NCBI GenBank assembly: GCA_044356295.1 | Contig: JBIKWN010000007.1 | Span: 10,627 to 74,626 of the forward strand | DNA from: Bdellovibrionota bacterium | GTDB taxonomy: Bacteria; Bdellovibrionota_C; UBA2361; JBIKWN01 | Direction of reading: 5' to 3' | DNA length: 64,000 bases | Shown: piece after piece, positions 37,606-45,893 of the stretch | Numbering within the stretch: position 1 is the stretch's first letter | How the letters are laid out: each line of letters starts with the position of its first letter | Translations under genes and position numbers: made by a program | The notes under the pieces: generated by a model | Databases searched by the model: none | The model's input: the letters and a program-made list of their open reading frames with translations, nothing else | Told to the model about the DNA's origin: nothing

Positions 37606-38879
37606 AGCTTACTAAGACTTTTTCATTGTTACCAGGATTTGCAATCGCTTTTGATGGAAACACAGAAAATCCTTATATATTCCTAGAGCCTTATTCTTCT
37701 AACTCTTATGACAGTAAGATCTCGAAAGAAGAAAATGACAAAAAATTAGATTCTTGGTTGCAATCTATAAGAGCGGAGATCAAAGTAGACAATGTTCCAA
37801 CTATCTTTGGCTATATCTCGTATGAATATGGATATCACCTTGAGCCCAGTATTAAACGATCTGGGGTTAGTCCTTCTACTTTCCCCGACTTTCTATTCTA
37901 TGCGTACCGAACAGTTATTGATTGTAAAAATAAAACTGTACACAAATTATCAACGTCAATACCTGATTGGAATGTAACTGACGCTCAGAGCACTGAACTA
38001 TTAAAAGAGTGGTCATGCTCACGAAAGAATCTACATTTCCTTACAACATATAATCACGAAACTCCATTCATTGAGCAATCAATAGCTGAAGATTACATAC
38101 GTGGTGTTACAGATATTAAAGAAAAAATTCTTGAAGGATATGTTTACCAAGTGAATCTATCGCTCCAAATAGAAAAATTAATTGATCTACTACCAATTGA
38201 AATTTTTTTAAACGTTACTTCAAAAGAGCAAGGTTGTTATTCTAGCTTTCTACAATTTAATGATACTACCAATAATCCAACTTCATTCATCTCTAATTCG
38301 CCTGAGCTTTTTATTAAGCGCATCGGTAATCAAGTAACAACTGCACCTATAAAAGGAACAATCTCACGAGCACGTGGGTATCTTGAAAATGAAGAGCGCC
38401 TTCACGAACTCTTAACATCGACAAAAAACAAAGCTGAGTTAGCAATGATAGTCGATTTATTTAGGAACGACCTTTCAAAGATCTGTCACCCTGGTTCAGT
38501 ACAAGTTTCAGATTTTCCACAAACGATAACCCTCCAGTATATCCACCATCTTTACTGTAATATTTCAGGTCAAATACGTGATGAAGTTTCAGATAGAGTG
38601 ATTCTTGATTCGCTTTTCCCAAGTGGCTCTATTACTGGGGCTCCGAAATATACTGCGATACAAACCATTGCTGACTTGGAAAAAAGAAATAGAGGTATTT
38701 ATTGTGGAAGCTTTATTAGTTTCAGCAAGGACGGTTTTATTGCAAATGTTGCAATCAGGACTGCTACCTTGAGAAATAAGACACTCATCCTTCAAGCAGG
38801 AGGAGGTATTACTATTGATTCGATTGAACAAGAAGAACTTATTGAGGCACAGAAAAAACTATCTGCGTTTTATTCTTAG
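37602..38879 (+). CDS. pabB: Aminodeoxychorismate synthase component I (chorismate-binding)
   Basis: YQVNL, SPELF, PIKGT (PabB-type Lys), MIVDLFRND, SITGAPK. Confidence 0.85.
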   Translation: MKLTKTFSLLPGFAIAFDGNTENPYIFLEPYSSNSYDSKISKEENDKKLDSWLQSIRAEIKVDNVPTIFGYISYEYGYHLEPSIKRSGVSPSTFPDFLFYAYRTVIDCKNKTVHKLSTSIPDWNVTDAQSTELLKEWSCSRKNLHFLTTYNHETPFIEQSIAEDYIRGVTDIKEKILEGYVYQVNLSLQIEKLIDLLPIEIFLNVTSKEQGCYSSFLQFNDTTNNPTSFISNSPELFIKRIGNQVTTAPIKGTISRARGYLENEERLHELLTSTKNKAELAMIVDLFRNDLSKICHPGSVQVSDFPQTITLQYIHHLYCNISGQIRDEVSDRVILDSLFPSGSITGAPKYTAIQTIADLEKRNRGIYCGSFISFSKDGFIANVAIRTATLRNKTLILQAGGGITIDSIEQEELIEAQKKLSAFYS

Positions 38880-40020
38880 CATCTGAATGAACGACAGGTT
38901 TTAAAAATATCTGTATGTCTGAAATAAGATCCGTAAGATGAGAATGGCTTGTGTAGTCAATAGCCTCGAATGTAAGTAATTTATGAATAGCATCGGTCAT
39001 AGGGTCCCTACGCTGGTCGTACCCCATAAAAAGACTTTTTACCTTAGAATGGATTCTTTCTTTTCCGTTATCTGACTTACAACCTGATTTAGCAGCTCTA
39101 TATTCAGATAAAGCATGCCTAGAGTTTGCTACAGTGTCAGCAATTTTAACGACCAGTGAAAATAGATCAGTTTCTCGATTAGAATTATTTTCATTAGCTG
39201 CTTTTACACAGAGCATTCTAAATTCATCTGTCTTTTTTTGATTTTTCTCTTCAGAGCACATGTCTGTGGTATGTACAGTAAGTTGTTGTACTGAATCTAC
39301 AATTTGTTTTCTTTCTTCCTCAGTGAGCCATGAAATATTTTCAAGGGTTTGATTCAAGAATTTTGCGTCAGCAGCCTCACGAGCATCTTCGCAGACATCA
39401 TGGAGACCTGCTATCAAAAGGAGCTGTGCAAGTTTTTTTTGCTCGAGCTGTAAAGGATTTTTTTCAGCAAGGATAAGAATAACATCCCAAAGATGCGACT
39501 CGTAAGCAGCGCCACCAAATTTTCGAATCGATTTCGCAGGAGATTCTCTATGAACTATATCAGAGGCTTTTTGAACAACCGATGAAATATCATTTACAAG
39601 AGTATCATTATTTTTCAAACCTTGAGAGTCTCTAAAATAACGATTGAAAATGAGCGTTAACTTATTCATGCCATCTTGATGCGTATTTCTACGAAGAGTA
39701 TTAAGCATTGTTTTTTTTAATTCATCTGATGTTTCAGATGAATTAAAAGTTTTAAGCTGCTCTTCTGTAAACTTTACGCCAATCAAAAAAGATTGATACT
39801 TTTTTGATAATTCAGAAGCTGCAAACGAGAATCCAGTTTTTTGAAATTTGTCTATAACCGCGCGTGCTGCACCGCTTGATGGTGTATCTTGCAAAGTAAA
39901 AAAACCAGTTGTAGCTGGAACAGCTTGTTGTAAAATAGTGGGGGGAGTTTTCGAAATTCGAAGGGGTCTGGAATCAGCACCTCCACCTCCGTATCCATCA
40001 AAAATAGAATCAAAAGACAT
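38839..40020 (-). CDS. HD-domain protein, RelA/SpoT hydrolase (Mesh1-like) with a long N-terminal extension
   Basis: H...RKFGGAAYESH..V, AGLHDVCED, LT, VKIADTVANSR match (p)ppGpp hydrolase motifs. Confidence 0.7.
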   Translation of the reverse strand: MSFDSIFDGYGGGGADSRPLRISKTPPTILQQAVPATTGFFTLQDTPSSGAARAVIDKFQKTGFSFAASELSKKYQSFLIGVKFTEEQLKTFNSSETSDELKKTMLNTLRRNTHQDGMNKLTLIFNRYFRDSQGLKNNDTLVNDISSVVQKASDIVHRESPAKSIRKFGGAAYESHLWDVILILAEKNPLQLEQKKLAQLLLIAGLHDVCEDAREAADAKFLNQTLENISWLTEEERKQIVDSVQQLTVHTTDMCSEEKNQKKTDEFRMLCVKAANENNSNRETDLFSLVVKIADTVANSRHALSEYRAAKSGCKSDNGKERIHSKVKSLFMGYDQRRDPMTDAIHKLLTFEAIDYTSHSHLTDLISDIQIFLKPVVHSDAKNKTQIVFSVPQ

Positions 40021-40265
40021 GAGAAGACTTTAAAAAAATATAAAATTCTTACTGAAAAAAAACGGTGCAAGTGTACTACTAACGACCTACTGACTCTTAA
40101 ATAACCTCGGCTATTCAAACAAAAACTTGGAAATCTGCTAGGAAATAATCCTAGAGCAGCCCAAAAAGATACAATTTCTTTACATCCTATACAACGGTTT
40201 TCAACAACTAAACGGACGTAGCGCCAAGTAAGGCGGGTAAAACATCGATTTGATTAAGGAAAATC

Positions 40266-40913
40266 ATGTCCAAAGAGAAGAAAATAACGGATTTACAGCT
40301 TATAAAGGCGTTTAACCAGGGTTCAACTGACGCATTTGAAGAGATTTTATCCAGGTATCAAGAAAAGGCTTTTAATCTTGCTATGCGGTTTGTAAAAAAC
40401 CAAGAAGATGCAGAAGAGGTGCTTCAAGATGTTTTTACAACACTGTACCGTAAACTGCATGCATTTGAAGGTAAATCTGCCTTCTCAAGTTGGCTTTACC
40501 GCATTGTTGTGAATGCTTCTTTTATGAAGCTTCGTAAAAAACGACAGACTCCAACATCACATTTAGAGGATCTTTCTCCAATTGTACAAGCAACAGTGCT
40601 TGAACGTGAAGAGATGATGCCTGAGAAAACAGATACATTCACAGTCGCACGTGAGATACGTGAGTCCCTACAGTTAGCTATTAGCAAATTACCAGATGAA
40701 TATCGTTCAGTGTTTGTTCTAAGAGACGTTGATGGTTTATCAAATCAAGAAGTAGGTGAAATTTTATCTCTAACCATTCCTGCAGTGAAATCAAGATTAC
40801 ACCGTTCACGTTTGATGCTTCGAAAGAAACTGATCCGTTTTTATGAGGAGTTTTATGGAACAAAGTATGTTCCAACGGACGATATGAACCTGGATAGCTT
40901 TGATGAACTATAA
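40266..40913 (+). CDS. ECF sigma-70 factor (RpoE/SigW-like)
   Basis: DAEEVLQDVF, FSSWLYRIVVN, LPDEYRSVFVLRD, VKSRLHRSR. Confidence 0.95.
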   Translation: MSKEKKITDLQLIKAFNQGSTDAFEEILSRYQEKAFNLAMRFVKNQEDAEEVLQDVFTTLYRKLHAFEGKSAFSSWLYRIVVNASFMKLRKKRQTPTSHLEDLSPIVQATVLEREEMMPEKTDTFTVAREIRESLQLAISKLPDEYRSVFVLRDVDGLSNQEVGEILSLTIPAVKSRLHRSRLMLRKKLIRFYEEFYGTKYVPTDDMNLDSFDEL

Positions 40914-41126
40914 GAGAAGAATTTAAATGCTTAAAAAAGAATAACTCTTTACGTGGAGTTCTTTCAAGATACGATTTTTACTTTGCAAACGTGTTCAGGA
41001 ATAGAATTATTGTTTTATTGTTTGTTCTATATTTAAGAAATTTTTTTTAAACCAATAAAAAAGCTGTTGTCATAATTCACTTCTTCATTTAATTTGGTAA
41101 TAGGTTATCAAATCTTGGGGGAGAGT

Positions 41127-41558
41127 ATGAATTTTCTTACCATTGAGGTTTCAGATCCTCAGGTTTCCGGTGGTGCCATTACACTTTGCGGCGGTTCTTT
41201 AGACGGCGAACTCTTTTCATCAGGCTCTGCTGTTTTTGTACGGGGGGATAACGTAACGTTTCAAAAGAAGTATAAAAAAAACCTACCTTCATTACATCCT
41301 GTAGAACCTCTTCCCACAGAAGAGGTAAACCAAAATAGCGCTGTAACACTTAGTAACGATATTTTCGTTCATGGGTTTTGGGTTTTACATCGAACTATTG
41401 TAAGAGGATTCCCTGCTGTAATCTGTAGTTACTTCAATAAACGAACCCAATCTATTGAGCAGCGATATCAAAAGATTTTCTATAAACCTGGAAGATACTG
41501 CTGTGGTCCACGGTTCCACAAAAAGAGTTTTTATCCTTCAACGAAAACTTCTTCTTAA
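41127..41558 (+). CDS. Hypothetical protein
   Basis: ORF with a GGGGAG RBS before ATG 41127; no recognised domain. Confidence 0.55.
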   Translation: MNFLTIEVSDPQVSGGAITLCGGSLDGELFSSGSAVFVRGDNVTFQKKYKKNLPSLHPVEPLPTEEVNQNSAVTLSNDIFVHGFWVLHRTIVRGFPAVICSYFNKRTQSIEQRYQKIFYKPGRYCCGPRFHKKSFYPSTKTSS

Positions 41559-41615
41559 GTTGATTACATTGGTCTGTTTTAAGATGGAGTGTGGATTCTA
41601 ACAACCAATACTCAA

Positions 41616-41942
41616 TTATTCTTTGATTTTTAATACTTTTATAAGTTTATCTCTGATTTCAGCGTTATCAAGAATAATTTGGATAAATTGATTTTTTTCC
41701 TGGGCAGAAATCTGTGATTCCGAAGAGGTTTCTAGCAATACTCGATTAGCAATCTCCTCAACTGCTGCTTCAATGGAGACAAACTCTTGGTTAAGCATTG
41801 AATCAATATGGTCACTCCAAAACTTATCGAGATCCGACATATCTCGACTCGCTGTTGAATCAAAGGGCTTTGTTGTGAATTCAGTTTTACGAATCGGAGT
41901 AGATACTGAAGTGATTTTTTTTGTATTCTCTTTTTTATTCAT
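41616..41942 (-). CDS. Hypothetical protein, last gene of the T3SS-like operon
   Basis: 108 aa; overlaps the upstream TPR gene by 8 bp. Confidence 0.7.
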   Translation of the reverse strand: MNKKENTKKITSVSTPIRKTEFTTKPFDSTASRDMSDLDKFWSDHIDSMLNQEFVSIEAAVEEIANRVLLETSSESQISAQEKNQFIQIILDNAEIRDKLIKVLKIKE

Positions 41943-42489
41943 TTCTATACACGCTTACTTTACTTAAATTATGAAGAATTGATGGCTCAGGCTGCAAGAC
42001 AAGAGCTTCTTCTAAATATTGTTTCGCTCTTATTTTATTAAAGTTTCCACCTTTTTCATAAGAAAGAGCAGCAAGATTATTTCTTGCTGCTACATCGCTT
42101 GGATCAATCGCTGTGGCTTTTTGATATAGATGTTGCGCTACTTTCTTATTTCCTTGCTGGTCATAAAGATATGCATACCGATTTGCAAGTGGCTCATAAC
42201 TTGGAAACCATTCATTCAGCGAATCAAGAATACTTTTAGCCTGTGTATATTTTCCTGCACGCAGATACGTACAAGCAAGCCCATCATAACCTTCTGGTGT
42301 CGCTTGATGTTCTAACGCCATCTGAAAACTTGCTTCTGATAAAGAATATTGTCCAAGCTCAAGAAATGCGACACCTCTATCAATCAGTTGCTGTGTTTGG
42401 AAATCAGGAGTTTCTCGAACATAGGTCCCACAACCTAATAGTGCGCCCATTACTATGACCAGTATGCTATGCGGCAAGGAGCAATTCAT
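41935..42489 (-). CDS. TPR lipoprotein (pilotin PilF/TadD-like)
   Basis: Lipobox LLGC; TPR motifs (YQKATAIDPSDVAARNNLAAL). Confidence 0.75.
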   Translation of the reverse strand: MNCSLPHSILVIVMGALLGCGTYVRETPDFQTQQLIDRGVAFLELGQYSLSEASFQMALEHQATPEGYDGLACTYLRAGKYTQAKSILDSLNEWFPSYEPLANRYAYLYDQQGNKKVAQHLYQKATAIDPSDVAARNNLAALSYEKGGNFNKIRAKQYLEEALVLQPEPSILHNLSKVSVYRNE

Positions 42490-44329
42490 CTTCTACCTCC
42501 ACATCTTTTTTTTCTATTGATATTTTCGATACTACTTCTAAATTCAAATGAGGCATAACTTCCGTATGAGTCATTACTGGAATTATACACCCATAAGCTC
42601 GCAACCATTCTGAGATAGGCCTTCGAATTGATTTTGGTACAAGCAAGCAATCAATCGAAGGTGCAAGATGTTGCAATGAAGCTTTCAATGAAAGTATTAC
42701 TGAAACATCAATTACTCCATCAATCCATGGAAGCGATTCATAGCAATCATTTAAGAGAGCTACACGAAGAACATCATCAGGCATCTGAGTAGAACGCTTG
42801 CCTATAATTCCAGCACACAGATAGCGCTTCATATAACTTCTTAGTTCCTCGGATAATGGTTTATCGACTCCAGATCTGTCATGGAGTTCAGCGATGCCTT
42901 GTAAAACCACATCAAATGGGCGAAGCGATATTTCCTCTTGAGCTAGTGCACGAAGTACTTCAGTAAAGCGGGTAAGACTAACAATATGAGGCACCACCGT
43001 CGTTGCAAGCTCAGTCATTTGTGGCTCATGGAAATCCAATAACTTCCTCGCCGTAGTATCATCAATAAGCTCTGTTCTATTAGTAAGGCAAAAAACTGTG
43101 ATCATTTCTTGCAACAATTCTATTTGATCAACGGTTAAAAGTCTTTTTATTACAACAACACCTCTCACTTCAAGCACAACATAATCTTCTTGATGTACTT
43201 CTATTGGAACACTTGAAAGTAGTATTCCCGAGCTTTCAAAAACATTCTTTCGTGCATTTTCTATTTGTTGTTTTGCAGGCAAACCAATTAAAACTTTAGG
43301 CATTCGTATGAGCAATAGTGGCACTGCCTTAGGTTGAAATGGTAAAATGATAGTATCGTTCATTGCTGGAATTACTTCTTGAGATTTTACAAATTGCAAT
43401 AAGAAAAGTAGCCCTGCAGAGATAATAAGTGCAAGTTTAGGAAAACCAGGAATGCAAGCAATTCCTAACAGAATACATGCTCCTATTCGTAACATGATTT
43501 TCGATCGAACAACTTGATCAATTAATTCAATACTGAGACTTGCATTTTTACCCCCTGCTACTCGAGTTACAACTAATCCCGCTGCTAATGAATTAAGAAG
43601 CGAAGGAATTTGAGAAGCTATTCCATCACCGACAGTCAATACAGAGTAATGATGAATCGTATCAGCAAACGACATACCACTCATTATTCCAGTCAGAACG
43701 CCGCCTATGCCGTTAATGACAACGATACACATAGCAGCAATCGCATCACCTTTAACAAATTTCATAGCGCCATCGAGGGCACCGTAAAATCTGGATTCAA
43801 GTTGTAAATCTTGTCTTTTTTGACGAGCTGTTTGCATATCATACAAACCTGCTCGTACATCAGCATCAATCGCCATTTGCTTTCCAGGGAGCGCATCCAA
43901 AGTAAAACGTGCAGCAACTTCTGCAACTCGTTCACTCCCCTTTGCTACAACTATAAACTGTATCAATGAGAGCATAATAAAAATTATTATCCCTACTCCG
44001 ACGCTTCCTCCAAGAACAAAAGAACCAAACGACTCAATAACATTTCCTCCCACACCATAGGTGAGGATCATTCTTGTCGAAGTTACATTCAGACAAAGGC
44101 GAAATAAGGTACTGAGAAGTAAAATAGTAGGAAGCGATGAGAGCTGCAATGAATCCGTTAATTGCAGGGTTACTACAACTAATCCAATAGCTATAATAAA
44201 GTTCAGAACCAATAAAATATCTAATAAAAATACTGGTAGCGGCACCAAAAGTGAAGCCACTACCAGCATAATGATTGCGGGAAATATATATTCTCTAATC
44301 GATACAAACGACGAAGTCATTTTATCCAA
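42467..44329 (-). CDS. sctV: Type III export gate protein, FHIPEP family (SctV/FlhA)
   Basis: PTILLLSTLFRLCLNVTSTR, QFIVVAKGSERVAEVAARFTLDALPGKQMAIDAD, FYGALDGAMKFVKGDAIA, GDGIASQIP; cytoplasmic domain is divergent. Confidence 0.92.
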   Translation of the reverse strand: MDKMTSSFVSIREYIFPAIIMLVVASLLVPLPVFLLDILLVLNFIIAIGLVVVTLQLTDSLQLSSLPTILLLSTLFRLCLNVTSTRMILTYGVGGNVIESFGSFVLGGSVGVGIIIFIMLSLIQFIVVAKGSERVAEVAARFTLDALPGKQMAIDADVRAGLYDMQTARQKRQDLQLESRFYGALDGAMKFVKGDAIAAMCIVVINGIGGVLTGIMSGMSFADTIHHYSVLTVGDGIASQIPSLLNSLAAGLVVTRVAGGKNASLSIELIDQVVRSKIMLRIGACILLGIACIPGFPKLALIISAGLLFLLQFVKSQEVIPAMNDTIILPFQPKAVPLLLIRMPKVLIGLPAKQQIENARKNVFESSGILLSSVPIEVHQEDYVVLEVRGVVVIKRLLTVDQIELLQEMITVFCLTNRTELIDDTTARKLLDFHEPQMTELATTVVPHIVSLTRFTEVLRALAQEEISLRPFDVVLQGIAELHDRSGVDKPLSEELRSYMKRYLCAGIIGKRSTQMPDDVLRVALLNDCYESLPWIDGVIDVSVILSLKASLQHLAPSIDCLLVPKSIRRPISEWLRAYGCIIPVMTHTEVMPHLNLEVVSKISIEKKDVEVEDELLLAA

Positions 44330-44621
44330 CTCTAATATTTCTTACTGGTGCCATTTGAGCTTCATGTTTTGACTTCAAAACGTTCGATACCATCGACACT
44401 TCCATCATCTCCTTCTGCATTTGCATCTGCAGTCCAATCAAATTCGAATAATCCCCGGTTACACCAGTTGCTGCGGAGGAAGCAGCACCGGCAACTCCTC
44501 CTAAAAGTGATTTTGCAAACTCCATTGCTTGAGAGTAAGCAGTACTTACAGCTGGCTTAGGAGGAATTCTTTCCATCGGGTCAAACACTTGGGAAGGCTT
44601 TTCGAGCGAAACAGTAGTCAT
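44322..44621 (-). CDS. Small SctF/needle-like protein
   Basis: C-terminal LIGLQMQMQKEMMEVSMVSNVLKSKHEAQMAPVRNIR resembles the C-terminal helix of needle proteins; operon context. Confidence 0.5.
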   Translation of the reverse strand: MTTVSLEKPSQVFDPMERIPPKPAVSTAYSQAMEFAKSLLGGVAGAASSAATGVTGDYSNLIGLQMQMQKEMMEVSMVSNVLKSKHEAQMAPVRNIRVG

Positions 44622-45163
44622 ACATGATCCTTTAAAAAAATATTATCGAATATGGTTCGACAAGAATATTTTGAAAGTTTCTCAATTCGACCAACTATTT
44701 TTCCATTAATACAGGTAAACAACGCTCTGCCCAAAGGTAATCCATCTGCAAAAACATACGTTGTCATATTGTAAAAATTAGGAATTTTTAGATCTGTACC
44801 GCTTCCAATCCTTGAAAGATCTTCACAAGAAATCGTTTGTTGAAAAAGTGGCGCATGACAACGAATAGTTGGTACACGTGGTTCAATCACAAGAAGCGGA
44901 TCCAACTCAACGGTTGATAAAAGTAACGAATCGTTATCGACTAATCCCCGCAGAGAAAAAATACTACTCGATGTTTGTTCATACAATGTATGGACAAAAA
45001 ACTGCTCAAAAAGAAGACTTTGCTGAAGGGTTATGACTGCCGATAACTTTAGATGATTTTTAAACATCGAGTTCTCTGGAACAATATCTTGCTCATCTTG
45101 CTGCTCGCCATAAGTCAAAATATCAATCCAAGCAGAAGGAATTTCTTCAATTGAGTTACACAC
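44618..45163 (-). CDS. Degenerate SctQ/FliN-like (SpoA domain) protein
   Basis: C-terminal LSRIGSGTDLKI...VFADGLPLGRALFTCINGKIVGRIEKL fits the SpoA pattern. Confidence 0.55.
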   Translation of the reverse strand: MCNSIEEIPSAWIDILTYGEQQDEQDIVPENSMFKNHLKLSAVITLQQSLLFEQFFVHTLYEQTSSSIFSLRGLVDNDSLLLSTVELDPLLVIEPRVPTIRCHAPLFQQTISCEDLSRIGSGTDLKIPNFYNMTTYVFADGLPLGRALFTCINGKIVGRIEKLSKYSCRTIFDNIFLKDHV

Positions 45164-45893
45164 GAAGCCCCCTACTTCGACGAGAAACTACCATCATAAA
45201 AACGCCTATTATTGCGACAATTGCAGCTAAAAACGCATCCATCCCTCTAAAAATTCCCTTATCGCCAAATAATGTCTGATTAATTTTTTCAATGACTTTT
45301 TGATCAGTATGTATAGATTTTTGAACTGCTATATCTTCATTTTTAATAATTACTTCGATGGTATTTATTGTAATGCCGCTTGCTCCCGAGACGAGCTTCT
45401 TAATTTCATCTTGGGTTACTGCACATGTTCGTGCGCACTGCAGAACGACACTGGCAGAACTTTTAGTTGCGCCTTGTGAACCAGTAAATTCACTCATAAC
45501 AGTATGAGGATCCGACGAATTCAGAAAAAGACGAACATCGAGGACTCCTCCAAAACTTTTTAATGTATCCTCTATGTTTCTAATTAATGATCGCTCTTGA
45601 ATCCGGCGTTCTGATTCAGCCGAAGGGAATAAACTATCCCTTGAATCGTCACTACTACTTTTATCTGGAAGCAACCGATACTGAGATACTATTTTTCTTG
45701 CACTCATTTGATAGTCAGCTTCGACTAATAATCGAATTTGAGATGCTCCTTGTTGCTCTTGAGAAACAGGAATACCTGCATCTGATAATAGCAAAACGAT
45801 ACGATTGGCATCCTTGACGGTTACATCTCTGGCAAGTTCTTGACGACATCCAAGCAACGTCATCAATGAGATACATACTATGATTATTTTCAT
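45156..45893 (-). CDS. sctJ: Type III secretion inner-membrane ring lipoprotein (SctJ/YscJ/PrgK family)
   Basis: Lipobox LLGC; DANRIVLLLSDAGI; LFPSAESE; GVLDVRLFL; SASVVL; IKKLVSGASG; C-terminal TM helix plus basic tail. Confidence 0.85.
   Translation of the reverse strand: MKIIIVCISLMTLLGCRQELARDVTVKDANRIVLLLSDAGIPVSQEQQGASQIRLLVEADYQMSARKIVSQYRLLPDKSSSDDSRDSLFPSAESERRIQERSLIRNIEDTLKSFGGVLDVRLFLNSSDPHTVMSEFTGSQGATKSSASVVLQCARTCAVTQDEIKKLVSGASGITINTIEVIIKNEDIAVQKSIHTDQKVIEKINQTLFGDKGIFRGMDAFLAAIVAIIGVFMMVVSRRSRGLRV

Noticed and set aside
36988..38879. trpG/trpE assignment
   Set aside because: The PIKGT motif and the absence of other trp genes favour pabA/pabB, though this is not proven
42467..44329. 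Calling this the flagellar flhA
   Set aside because: Neighbours are an SctJ-type lipoprotein and a needle-like gene rather than flhB/flhF/flhG, and the cytoplasmic domain is short and divergent; kept as SctV-like pending phylogeny
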